A stretch of 63,930 nt of DNA, filler included, from Chiloscyllium plagiosum (taxonomy: Eukaryota), in the NCBI RefSeq assembly GCF_004010195.1. It is 5 parts of one record of this genome, joined end to end, with 100 filler letters (N's around TTAATTAATTAA, not from the genome) between each part and the next. Parts side by side here need not be neighbours in the genome. Positions count along the whole stretch, not along the records: positions 1 to 15,520 come from NC_057710.1; positions 15,621 to 30,404 come from NC_057710.1; 3 more parts are not named here. The stretch is one strand, 5' to 3'. Both the position numbers and the translations under genes were made by a program. Positions 11,731 to 23,324 of this stretch are shown here, one piece after another; the stretch's first letter is position 1; every line of letters begins with the position of its first letter. The notes under the pieces were generated by a model that saw only the letters and a program-made list of their open reading frames with translations, had not been told where the DNA came from and ran no database searches.

Positions 11731-12547
11731 TACCTGGGAGGCAGAAGACAAGTGGTCACCACCCCACAGACCAAATCAGCTACTTGTTGCTGGCTGAATC
11801 CTATTTTGTATACACCCTGGTGCCAGCTCGTCTGCATTAAACTTCAACACCATCAGTTGAACAAACAGCAGAGCAAATAACACATGGAATAACTGGAGCT
11901 TGCCTTTAAAAAGTGCAGCAATTCCTTTCACAATTCTTGCTCTTGCCCCCATTTTAGTCCACAATTAAAAATACAAGAAAATGAAAAGATATAGTCTTTA
12001 CAATTCTTCAGAAATTTCATCATCCTCCTATCCTTACTGTAACAATATCTTTATTAATATTAAGTAATTAATATTATCATTCTATAATTATTGGACATCT
12101 TATAGCTTTCCCTGCAGATTTGTTCCTCCAGCCCTGTCACACTATTTTGAAGACCTACAGAAGATGCCCAGCAGCTTAATCACACACCTTTTTAACTCTA
12201 ACCAAATTAAGTTTGTCTTTTATCCTCCAGTACATCTTTCCTTTCCAATAATCTCTTTGTTATTTAGTTCAACTCTACATTTGACTCCCTTTTCTGAATA
12301 CACTTGAATATTAAGCATACAGTCCTCAGCATTTTCAGGCCACATTTTCTTTCTTACAATATCATTATCCCAAATGCCTTTGTACTTGTAGCTCAAGACA
12401 ATTAATTCACTACATTTACAGCATTTACAATATCTACAATGTATTGACAGACATTGTAAACTTGTGTATGTACTCCTTATAGTCTTTCTTAGTGTGACTG
12501 AGTTTTGAGAATTGTTAATAGTAACTTTCTTAGTCGGGCTTTTACTT

Positions 12548-12872
12548 GATTAGATTAGATTAGATTACTTAGTGTGGAAACAGGCCCTTTGGACCAACAA
12601 ATCCACACCGGCCTGCCGAAGCGCAACCCACCCAAACCCATTCCCCTTCATTTACCCCTGCCCCTAACACTACAGACAATTTAACATGGCCAATTCACCT
12701 AACCTGCACATTTTTGGACTGTAGGAGGAAACCGGAGCACCTGGAGGAAACCCACACAGACACGGGGAGAATGTGAAACTCCACACAGTCAGTCGCCTGA
12801 GGTGGGAATTGAACCCGGGTCTCTGGCGCTGTGAGGCAGCAGTGCTAACCACTGTGCTACCGTGCCGCCCAC
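12548..12872 (-). mobile_element. V-SINE (HE1-like), full length
   Basis: tRNA-like head with A/B boxes, V core (TTCTCCCCGTGTCTG...GGTTTCCTCC), (AATCT)n tail. Confidence 0.9.
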
Positions 12873-13146
12873 AAATTATGACACTCCTTTCTTCTCCAGG
12901 AAGGACCTTATTCATCGTTTCTACTTCTCTTTGAACGTTCAAACGAGGAGCAAGAATAGATCATTCAGTCCCTGAAGCTTGCTCTACCATTTAAGACCAT
13001 TATGACTAATTGTAACCTATAATCCATATTTTCACCTACCAAATGACTTTTCATACCTTTATTATCAAGAATCAATCCACCTCTGCCTTAAAATATTCAA
13101 AGGCACAGCTTCCATTGTCTTTTCAGAAATGTTGAATAAATGTATT

Positions 13147-13935
13147 GAGTTGATTGAGTTTTTTGAAGGGGTGACCAAGAAAGTTGATGAGGGCAGTGTG
13201 GTAGATATTATTTACATGACGTTAGCAAGGCCTTTGACAAGGTACCGCATAGTGGGTTGTTGACTAAGGTTAAATCTCATGGGATCCAGAGACAGACAGC
13301 CAATTTGATACAAAAATAGCTTGATGGTAGAAAACAGAGGATAGTGGTAGAGGGTTGTTCTTCAGAATAGAGGCCTGTGTCCAGCGGCATGCAACAGGGA
13401 TCGGTACTGGGTCCAATGTTATTTGTCATTTATACAAACAATTTGGATGAGAATTTAGAAGGTATGGTTAGTAAGCTTGTAGATGACACCAAAATTGGTG
13501 GTAGAGTGGACAGTGAAGAAGGTTATATGGGAATGCAGTGAGATCTTGATCAACTGAGCTCGTGGGCTGAGGAATAGAGGATGGAATTTAATTTAGATAA
13601 ATACAATGTGGTGCATTTTGATGGGTCAAATCACGGCAGCACTTACACAGTCAATGGTGGGGCCCTGAGGAATGCTATAGAACAAAGAGATCTAAGGGCA
13701 CAGGTTCTTAGCTTTTTTAAAGTGGAGTCACATGTAGACGGGCTGGTGAAGAAAGTCTTTAGCATGCTTGCTTTCATCAATCAGAGCACTAAGTAGAGGA
13801 GTTGGGATGCCTTATTGCAGCTGTACAAGATGTTGGGGCTCTGCATGTAGCTCTGGGTGCCCTGTTATAGAAAGGATATTATTAAACTAGTAAGAGTGAA
13901 GAAAAGAATTACTAGGATGCTACATCAGCTGGAAG
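13147..13935 (+). mobile_element. Degenerate CR1 RT fragment
   Basis: Recognisable KAFDKV, DDTKIG and MEFN motifs with stops. Confidence 0.8.
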
Positions 13936-15520
13936 GGCGAGACTCTCGGATGGTTTGTTGCCTCCCGGGTGCCAGGGTCCGAGATGTCTCGGACCGTGTC
14001 TTCAGAATCCTTAAGGGGGAGGGTGTGCAGTCAGAAGTTGTGGTGCACATTGGCACCAACGACATAGGTAGAAAGAGGAGTGGGGAGGTCATTCAGGAGC
14101 TCAGGAAGTTAGGCTGGAAGCTAAAAACTAGGACGGACAGAGTCGTCATCTCTGAGTTGTTGCCGGTGCCACGTGACAATGAGGCAAGGAATAGGGAGAG
14201 AGTGCAGTTGAACACGTGGCTGTAAGGATGGTGTAGGAGGGAGGGCTTCAGGTATTTGGACAATTGGACTGCATTCTGGGGAAGGTGGGACCTGTACAAG
14301 CAGGACGGGTTGCACCTGAACCACAAGGGCACCAATATCCTGGGATGGGCTCAAGTGTGTATACTTCAATGCAAGGAGTATCAGAAATAAGGCGGGTGAA
14401 CTTAAGGCGTGGATCGGTACTTGGGACTACGATGTTGTGGCCATTACGGAAATGTGGATAGATAGAGGCACAGGAATACTTGTTGGAGGTTCCTGGTTAC
14501 AGATGTTTCAGTAAGATTGGGGGGTGGTAAAAAAGAGATGGGGGTGGCGTTACTAATTAGAAATGGTATAACGGCTGCAGAAAGGCAGTTCGAGGGGGAT
14601 CTGCCTTTGGAGGTAGTATGGGCTGAAGTCAGAAATAGGAAAGGAGCAGTCACCTTGTTGGGTGTTTACTATAGGCCCCCCAATAGCAGCAGAGATGTGG
14701 AGAAACAGATTGGGAAACAGAGTTTGGAAAGGTGCAGAAGCCACAGGGTAGTAGTCATGGGCGATTTCAACTTCCCAAATATTGATTGGAAGCTCTTTAG
14801 ATAAAGTAGATTGGACGGGTCAGTGTTTGTGCAGTGTGTCCAGGAAGCTTTTCTAACTCAGTATGTAGATTGTCCGACCAGAGGGGAGGCCATATTGGAT
14901 TTGGTACTTGGTAACAAACCGGGACAAGCGATGGGCTTGTTAGTGGGTGAGCATTTTGGTGATGGTGACCACAATTCTGTGACTTTCACCTTGGTTATGG
15001 AGAGAGATAGGTGCGTGCAACAGGGCAGGTTTTACAATTGGGGGAAGGGTAAATACAATGCTGCAAGACAGGATCTGAGGAGCATAAATTGGGAACACAG
15101 ACTGTCAGGGAAGGATGTCGTTGAAATGTGAAACTTTTTCAAGGAACAGATACGACGTGTCAGGCAGGAAAGAGATGGTCGTGTGAGGGAACCTTGGTTG
15201 GCGACGGAGGTTGAATGTCTTGTAAGAAGGAAGAAGGAGGCTTACATAAGGTTGAGGAAACAAGGTTCAGACAGAGCGTTGGAGGGATACAGGATAGCCA
15301 GGAGGGAGCTGAAGAAAGGGATTAGGAGAGCTAAGAGAGGGCATGAAAAATCTTTGGCGGGTAGGATCAAGGATAACCCCAAGGCCTTTTATGCGTATGT
15401 GAGAAACATGAGAATGACGAGAACGAGGGTAGGTCCGATCAAGGACAGTAGTGGGAGACTGTAAATTGAGTCAGAAGAGATAGGAGAGGTCTTGAATGAG
15501 TACTTTGCTTCAGTATTTAC
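13936..15520 (+). mobile_element. CR1 LINE: ORF1 esterase part + ORF2 APE endonuclease, runs into a gap
   Basis: CLPGARV...VVHIGTND (SGNH esterase); GVYYRPP, GDFNFP, ILDLV, GDHN (APE). Confidence 0.9.
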
Positions 15521-15620
15521 NNNNNNNNNNNNNNNNNNNNNNNNNNNNNNNNNNNNNNNNNNNNTTAATTAATTAANNNNNNNNNNNNNNNNNNNNNNNN
15601 NNNNNNNNNNNNNNNNNNNN
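15521..15620. other. Assembly gap N44-TTAATTAATTAA-N44
   Basis: Read directly; identical layout at four sites. Confidence 0.98.
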
Positions 15621-16052
15621 GGACCAGTTCGGCCAAATGAATGAGAGTGTCGGTGGAAGGGTACTGTTGGGGACGTCTGGAGAGGAGAAAATGCAGGGCT
15701 TGGAGGCCCTGGTCATGGCGGATGGAGGTGTAGAGGGATTGGATATCCATGGTGAAGATGAGGCATTGGGGGCCGGGGAAATGGAAGTCTTGGAGGAGGT
15801 GGAAGTCTTGGGTGATGTCTCGAACGTATGTGGGGAGTTCCTGGACTAAAGGGGATAGGACAGTGTCGAGGTAGGTAGAAATGAGTTCAGTGGGGCAGGA
15901 GCATGCTGAGACAATGGGTCGGCCAGGGTGGTCAGGCTTGTGGATCTTGGGAAGGAGGTAGAATCGGGCAGTGCGGGGTTCCCAGACTATGAGATTGGAA
16001 GCTGTGGGTGGGAGATCTCCTGAGGTGATGAGGTTCTGTATGGTCTGGGAGA
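15621..16052 (-). mobile_element. Penelope-like element RT fragment
   Basis: MDIQSLYTSIRHDQGLQAL...LAELV; homologous to ~32640-33070. Confidence 0.88.
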
Positions 16053-16149
16053 TAAGATGACTGCAAATGCTACATCTTTATCTTTTGAGCTCATATGCTG
16101 AGCTCCCCCATTGAGGGTGAGGATTTTTGTGAAATGTCCTCTCCTAGAT

Positions 16150-16445
16150 GATTCTGGATCAGTGGTTCTGGAAGAGCACAGCAGTTCAGGCCGCATCCAA
16201 GGAGCTTCGAAATCGATGTTTCGGGCAAAAGCCCTTCATCAGGAATAAAGGCAGTGAGCCTGAAGCGTGGAGAGATAAGCGAGAGGAGGGTGGGAGTGGG
16301 GAGAAAATAGCATAGAGTCAGGGCAGAGGAAATGACCTGGGAGTTGCAGTGGGAGAGGGACTCCCTGAGATTCTTGTAGAGAGAGGAGGAAACCTTCTTC
16401 AAGGCAGGCATCCTTGCAAGAGGATTCGCAGTAGGGTTAAAATCA
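16150..16445 (-). mobile_element. Mini Penelope-like element with hammerhead at 16211-16246
   Basis: ATG at 16411 (MPALKKVSSSLYKNLRESLSHCNSQVISSAL), then terminal repeat with ATTC-CTGATGA-A-GGGC-TTTT-GCCC-GAAACATC-GATT. Confidence 0.7.
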
Positions 16446-16545
16446 TTGTCTAATTGTCAAACACGGTTCATAGCTGGATGTGACAGGTCTACAGAGCTTA
16501 GATCCCATCTGTTGTTTACAATGTTGCTTGCCTTTGCCAATTACA

Positions 16546-17003
16546 GTCATAGACCCTTCGATCCAACTCATCCATGCCGACCAGATATCTTAAATTAATC
16601 TAGTCCCATTTGCCAGCATTTGGTCCATATCCCTCTCAACCCTTCCTATTCATATACCCATCCAGATGCCTTTTCAATGTTGTAATTGTACCAGCCCCCA
16701 ACACTCCCTCTGGCAGCTTATTCCATACACGCACCACCCTCTGCCAAAAAATGTTGCCCCTTAGCTCCCTGTTAAATCTTTCCCCTCTCACCTTAAACCT
16801 ATGCCCTCTCGTTTTGGACTGCCAGGAAAACACCTTGGCTATTCAACCAATCCATGGCACTAGATTTTATAAACTTCTATAAGCTCACCCCTCAGCCTCC
16901 GATGCACCAGGGAAAATAGCCCCAGATTATTCAGCCTCTCCTTATAGGTCAAATACTCCAAACCTGGTAACATCCTTGTAAATGTTTTCTGAACCTTTTC
17001 AAA
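16546..17003 (-). mobile_element. CR1 3' fragment
   Basis: TRGHRFKVRGERF...QRVVRVWN. Confidence 0.88.
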
Positions 17004-18451
17004 TTATTGCAAACTGCTTTGCAATTTAGTATGTAGTTCTGTATCGCAGCTTCCCCATCAAGACATCTCATAGTCAGATAAGCCTTCTAGCTTGTATTTC
17101 TATGTTCTTCAGTGTACCTGGTTTGATGTTAATCGTAGAGTGGAGGATATACTAGATCATGAGTTTACAGATTATGGTTCAGTACATTTCTGCTGCCTCT
17201 GTGTGTCCCCAAAATTACACGAATGAGCAGCAATGACCAATTTTGAGCTGCTACATTTGTTTTGAAATTCTCGTCAATCCACTTTGTAATGGCATGCAAC
17301 AATCTGTTTTTTTTTTGCAGACTGCTTGCACCAGAAGACATGGGATTGAGGTAAACCTTCGACATACATGGTTGTGGAAAATCAGCTATTCTGCCATTCC
17401 ATGTTGCCCAATTCAGGCCCTGATCATTTTTCTGCCCCATCTCAGATCAATTTTTACTGAATCTCTCAATAGCTCTGCTGCAGTGCATGGAGTCTCACAG
17501 AGTAAGACTTTAGAGGTCTTTAGGTCACAACATCCTTAGTTAGAAGTGAGAGTGTGACAATTTATCCAAGGCTGACAGTTAGTAATGTATCCCACAATGC
17601 AATCACTTCTTGCATGAATTCAAAAATTTTAATATTTTGCTACAAGTTGAATTTGCTTATTATCAATTCAAACAATCTGCTTGCACAGGAGAACCCACAC
17701 TCTCCAAGAACTAACATATGACACAAAATAGGACAATGCAAAAGCAAAATATTGTGGACGTTAGAAATTTGAAAATGAAACTTCTGGAGGTCAGGCAGCA
17801 TCCTTGAAGAGAAGCAGAGTTTATGTTTCATGTTCAGTGACATTTCATCAGAATTTCCATCACAGTTTCCTGATGTTCTACCAAAAAACAAGATTTTATT
17901 AGTCATGTACTGCCTCGAAATATCTGGCAAAAAGACAGCTTCTTGAGTCAGCCACATAATCTTTTTGATGTGTCAGTAGAATGGACACAAGGCTCTTGCA
18001 AAAAGGGTCCAATAGATTATGCTGGTGGCTAAATTCCAGCCAAACCAAAATAATCATGATGGATGGATGAGGAAGTACTGCTCATTGCTCATTTGAAATC
18101 CTGCATTGCATTCAGTTGTATCATCACTTTAAGGGAAAGGACTTTAGGGGAATCAGAAGATAATAATTAGTATATAAACTGGAACTAGGTTCCTTTGGAC
18201 ATTCTCATACAGAAAAAAAACTAATTGCACGTCAAACATTGTACAGTACATGTAAAGTGGCAATTGGTTTCAAAGCACCTGATCCTGATGTTTTTTCTCA
18301 ATGGTCAAGGACACAGGTTTGGAAGGAGTTGTAGTAAGCGCTTTGGTATGTTTTTGGATCTTATAGAGCCCACACCACAGTTACTCTGCATTGGCAGTGG
18401 AGGGAATGAATATTGAAGCTATTAAATAGATGCCAAGCTGTTTTGTCCCAG

Positions 18452-21400
18452 ATAAGACTGTAAGACGTAGGAGCAGAAATGAGGTCATTCGGCCCATCGA
18501 ATCTGCTCCGTTATTCAATCATGGCTGATAAGTTTCACAACCTCATTCTCCCATTTTCTCCCTGTAGCCCTTGATCCCCTCGACAATCAAGAAGTTATCT
18601 TTCTCTGTTTTAAATATACTCAATAACCTGGCCTTCATTTCCTTCTGCGGCAATGAATTCCATAGATTTACCACTCTCTGGCTGAATAGGTTTACCAGTC
18701 TCTGGCTGAATAGGTTTCTTCTTAGCTCCATTCTAAACGGTCTTCCCTTTACTCTAAGGCTGTACCCTATGGTCCTAGTCTCTCTTGCTAATGTCTTCCC
18801 AATGTCTAGTCTGTCCAGGCCATTCAGTATTCTTTAAGTTTTAGTTACATCCCCCCTTATCCTTCTGAACTCCATTATGTATAGGCCTAGAGTCATCAAA
18901 CATTCCTCATATGTTAAGCCTTTCATTCCTGGATCATTCTCGTGAACCATCTCTGGACCTGCTCAAGGGCCAGTACATCCTTTCTGAGGTATGGGGCCCA
19001 AAATTGCTCACAATACTCCAAAGCCTCAGAAGTACATTTCTGCTTTTATATTCTAGTCCTCTCAAAATAAATGACAACATTGTAATTGCATTCCTAACTA
19101 CCAACTCAACCTGCAAGTTTACCTTAAGAGAATCCCGAACAAGAATTCCCAAATCCCACTGCATTTCAGATTTCTGAATTTTCTACCCATTTAGAAAATA
19201 GTCTATGTCTCTACTCTTCCTACAAAAGTGCACAACCTCACACTTTCCAATGTTGTATTCCATCTGCCATTTCTTTGCCCACTTTCCGAACCTGTCTAAA
19301 TCCTTCTGCAGTCTCCATATTTCCTAAATACTGTCCATTCCTCGACCTATCTTTGCATTATCTGCAAACTTAGCCAGCACGTCCTCAGTTCCTTCATCCA
19401 GACCATTAATATAGAAAGTGAAAAGCTGTGGTTCCAACACTCACCCTTGTGGAACATCACTACTCACTGACTTCCATCCTGGGAAGGGTACTTTTATCCC
19501 CACCTTCTTTGCTCCAATGAGAAAAGCCCTAACTCCCTCAACCTTTCTTCATAAGACATGTCCTTCAGTCCAGGCAGCATCGTGGTAAATCTTCTCTGCA
19601 CCCTTTCTAAAGCTTCCATATCTTTCCCGTTATGAGGAGACTAGAACTGAACACAATATTCCAAGTGTGGTCTAACCAGGGCTTTCTAGCCTTCATAAGC
19701 CTTCTTAACAATGCTATCAACTTGGGTAGAAAGTGAGGACTGCAGATGCTGGAGATCAGAGCTGAAAATGTGTTGCTGGAAAAACACAGCAGGTCAGGCA
19801 GCATCCAAGGAACAGGAGAATCAACGTTTCAAGCATAAGCCCTTCTTCAGGGGCTTTCCTGAAGAAGGGCTTATGCCTGAAACGTCGATTCTCCTGTTCC
19901 TTGGATGTTGCCTGACCTGCTGCACTTTTCCAGCAACACATTTTCAGCTATCAACTTGGGTGTCAACTTTGAGGGATCTCAAGATCCCTCTGTTCCTCCA
20001 CACTGCCAAGAATCCTGCCTTTAATCCTGTAACCTGCATTCAGATTCGACCTTCCAAAATGAATCATATCACATTTTTGTAGGTTGAACTCCATCTGCCA
20101 AATCTCAGCTCAAATCTGCATCATGTCAATGTCCCATTGCAACTTACAACAGCCTTCCTCATGATCCACAACTCCACCAACCTACATGTCATTGGCAAAC
20201 TTACTAAATCACCCATCCATTTCCTCACCCAAGTAATTTATAAAAATAAAAGAGCAGAGGTCCCAGAACAGATCCCTGCAGAACACTACTGGTCACCGAG
20301 CTCCAGGCTAATACTTTCCATCTACTACCACCCTCTGTCTTCTATGGACCAGCCAATTCTGTATCCAGACAGCCAGATTTTCCTTTATCCCATGTCTCAT
20401 AACTTTCTGAATAAGCCCGCCTTGGAGAATCTTATCAAATGCCTTGCTAAAATCCATATACATCACATCACTTCTCTACCTTCATCAATGTGTTTTGCCA
20501 AATCCTTAAAGAATTCAATAAGGCTTGTGAGGCATGACCTGCTCCTCACAAAGCCAAGATGGCTATCTCTAATGAAGCTATGCTTTTACAAATAATCAGA
20601 AATCCTGTCTCTCAAAATCCTCTCCAATAATTTGTCCACTACTGACGTAAGACTGACTGGTCTGTAATTCCCAGGATTATCCCTATTCCCTTTCTTGAAC
20701 AAGGGAATAACTTTGGCCAACTTCCAATCAGTTGGTACTACTCCAGTGGAGAGTGAGGACTCAAAGAACATCACCAAAGATGCAGCAATCTCTCCCCTCA
20801 CTTGCTGTAGTAAGCTTGGGTACTTCCTCAAAGAATTCTAACAGATTTGTCAGGCATGACTTCCCCTTGCCATATTTTACCACATACTTCCAAGTTTCAA
20901 AAATCTCATTCTTCACAATGAACTTCAAAATCTTACCAATGCCCAAGGTCAGGCTAATCGGTCTACAATTTTCCATCTTTTACCTTACTAATTTCTTAAC
21001 CAGAGGGGTTACAATAGCAATTTTTCAGACCTCTTGGACCTACCCTGACTGCAGTAAATCCTGAAAGATCACCATTAATGCCTCCACTAAGTCTTCAGCT
21101 ATTTCCTTCAGAATTTGGGAGTGTAGCCTATCTGCTCTAGGTGATTTAGCCAGCTTCAAACCTTTCAGTTTTTATAGCACTTTCTCCTTGGTGATGGCCA
21201 CCATACTCAGCTCTAAACCCCGACTCTCTTGAATTTTTGGGTTATTAATTGTGTCCTGATACAAGACTGATACAAATTACTTATTCAGTTCCTCAGCCAT
21301 TTCTTTGTTCCCCATTACTACTTCTCCAGTGTCATTTTTCAATGGCCCACTGCCCACTTTTACCTCTCTTTTGCCCTTTATATATCTAAAGAAACTCTTG

Positions 21401-22860
21401 TAATCTTCTTTTATATTACTGGCTAGCTTACCCTCATATTGAAACTTCTCTCCTTATTTCTTTTTTAGTTGTCTTCTATTCAACTTTGTAGGCTTCCCAA
21501 TCCTCTAGGTTCCCACTGACCTTCACCACATTATTTGCTTTCTCTTTTACTTTTATGCTGTCCCTGATATACCTGATCAGCCATGTTTGCCTCATCCTCC
21601 CTTTAGTATGCTTCTTTTTCCCAGATGTGAATGTTTGCTGCATCTCCCAAGTTACTCCCAGAAACTCCTGCCATCATTGTTCCACTACTAGGCTCCTCTC
21701 CCAGTCAATTCTGATCAGCTCCTCCCTCATGCCTCAATAGTTGCCCTTATTTAACTGGAATACTGTTATATCTGATTTCATTTTCTCCCTCTCAAATAGT
21801 AGAATAAATTCTATCGTATTATCGTCACTGCTTCCTAAGGATTCCTTCACCTTAAGCTCCCTTTGCCTCATTGAACACTAAATCTGATATTGCCTGTTCC
21901 CTAGTAAGCTCCAGCACAAGCTGCTCCAAAAAGCCATCTAATAGACATTCCACAAATCCGCTTTCTTGCAATCCAATACTAACCTGATTTTCCCAGCCCA
22001 CCTGCATATGGATATCCCCCATGATCACTGCAACCTTGCCTTTCTTACACATCTTTTCTCTCTCCTGACGTATCTTGTGCCCCAGCTCCTGACTCCCAGT
22101 TGGAGGCCTGTACCTAACACCCATTACGGCTTTTATCACCTTTGCAGTTTCTCATCTCCACTCACACAGACTGTACATCATCCTCATTTCCTGCTATTGA
22201 TTTAATTTCATTGCTTACTAATAAGGCATTGCCACCCTCTCTGCCCACCTCCCTGTTTTTTCCTTGGACATTTAGTTCTCTTTCCTGATCCCCTTGCAGC
22301 CATGTCGTTGTGATGCCCAACACCTCATAACTGCCAATTTTGATCCAGGCCACAAGGTCATTTACCTTATTTCATATACCACATGCATTCAGATACAACA
22401 TCTTGACTCCTGTATTGACCATTCCTCTTCTCATGTCATTAATTTATCCAATGTGTTTGAAATTTGATTCCTAACTCTTTCCAAATACGCTGTCCTATTT
22501 TGTGTGGTAGAGATTTAACAACCTTTACTGAGTTCTCCTTTCCTTTCATTTTTTTTCATATTTTTCCATGCAGTTGAATCCACCCCTACAGATGTTAACC
22601 TGCTGCTTTTTCAGGTTAACATCTGATAAAGATGTTAACCTGATATCATCTTTTCCCCTACTTTCCAGTTTAGAGTACTGTTCACCAGCCTATTTACCCT
22701 TTTTGATATAACATTGGTCCCAGCTCAGTTTAGGTAGAGACCATCCCAGTGGTACAGATCTTTCCTGTTCCAATACTGATACCAGTGCACCATTAAAAGG
22801 AACCCCTCTTTCCTGCATGATTTTTTTAGCCATGTGTTAATTCCCTTATTCTCGCATCCA
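18452..22860 (-). mobile_element. Cluster of nested, degenerate CR1 LINEs (3' end through APE, with ORF1 remnant)
   Basis: FSQRVVNLWN, PLFKKGNRDNPGNYRPVSLT, GVRYRPP, GITTTW motifs in successive short ORFs. Confidence 0.8.
19728..19946. mobile_element. Head-to-head inverted pair of Penelope terminal repeats with 15-bp TSD
   Basis: GCTATCAACTTGGGT at 19713-19727 and 19947-19961; arms ~19760-19851 and ~19858-19949 are reverse complements. Confidence 0.9.
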
Positions 22861-23324
22861 GATGGTTTTGACCACTAGAAAAGTGAACAGTATTCAATCA
22901 CATTCCAGACTTGTAATTTGTAGATGGTGCCCGGGCACTGGGGAATCAGGTGCTGAGTTACTCACAGCAGAATTATCAGCCACTCACTTGTTTCTGTAAC
23001 CACTGTCTAGACTGATTCTGTTGTTGATCAATGGTAATCCCCCAAACTAAAGATATTGATAGTGGTGGATTCAACAATGGTAATGCCATTGAATGCCAAA
23101 GCATGCTAGTTAGATTCTCACACTGAAGATTGAACTTGCCTGGCACTTGTGTGATGGAAATGTTATTTGACAATTATCAGCCCAAGCCTGAATGGAGCCC
23201 AGATCTTACTGCAAATGAACACAGATTACTTCAGCATCCAACTGAGTCGTGAATAAAGTCATGGATTCACAGTCACAGAGCATAAAAGCAGATCCTTTGA
23301 TCCAACTCGACAATATCAACCAAT

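Noticed and set aside
15565..15576. TTAATTAATTAA palindrome recurring four times
   Set aside because: Always centred in N44-N44; an artificial six-frame-stop scaffold linker, not biology
17305..17356. Possible 30-nt + strand exon (ttttgcag|...GAG|gtaaac)
   Set aside because: No partner exons or recognisable protein; such motifs arise by chance
18667..18714. 24-bp tandem duplication
   Set aside because: Ordinary slippage inside a dead CR1
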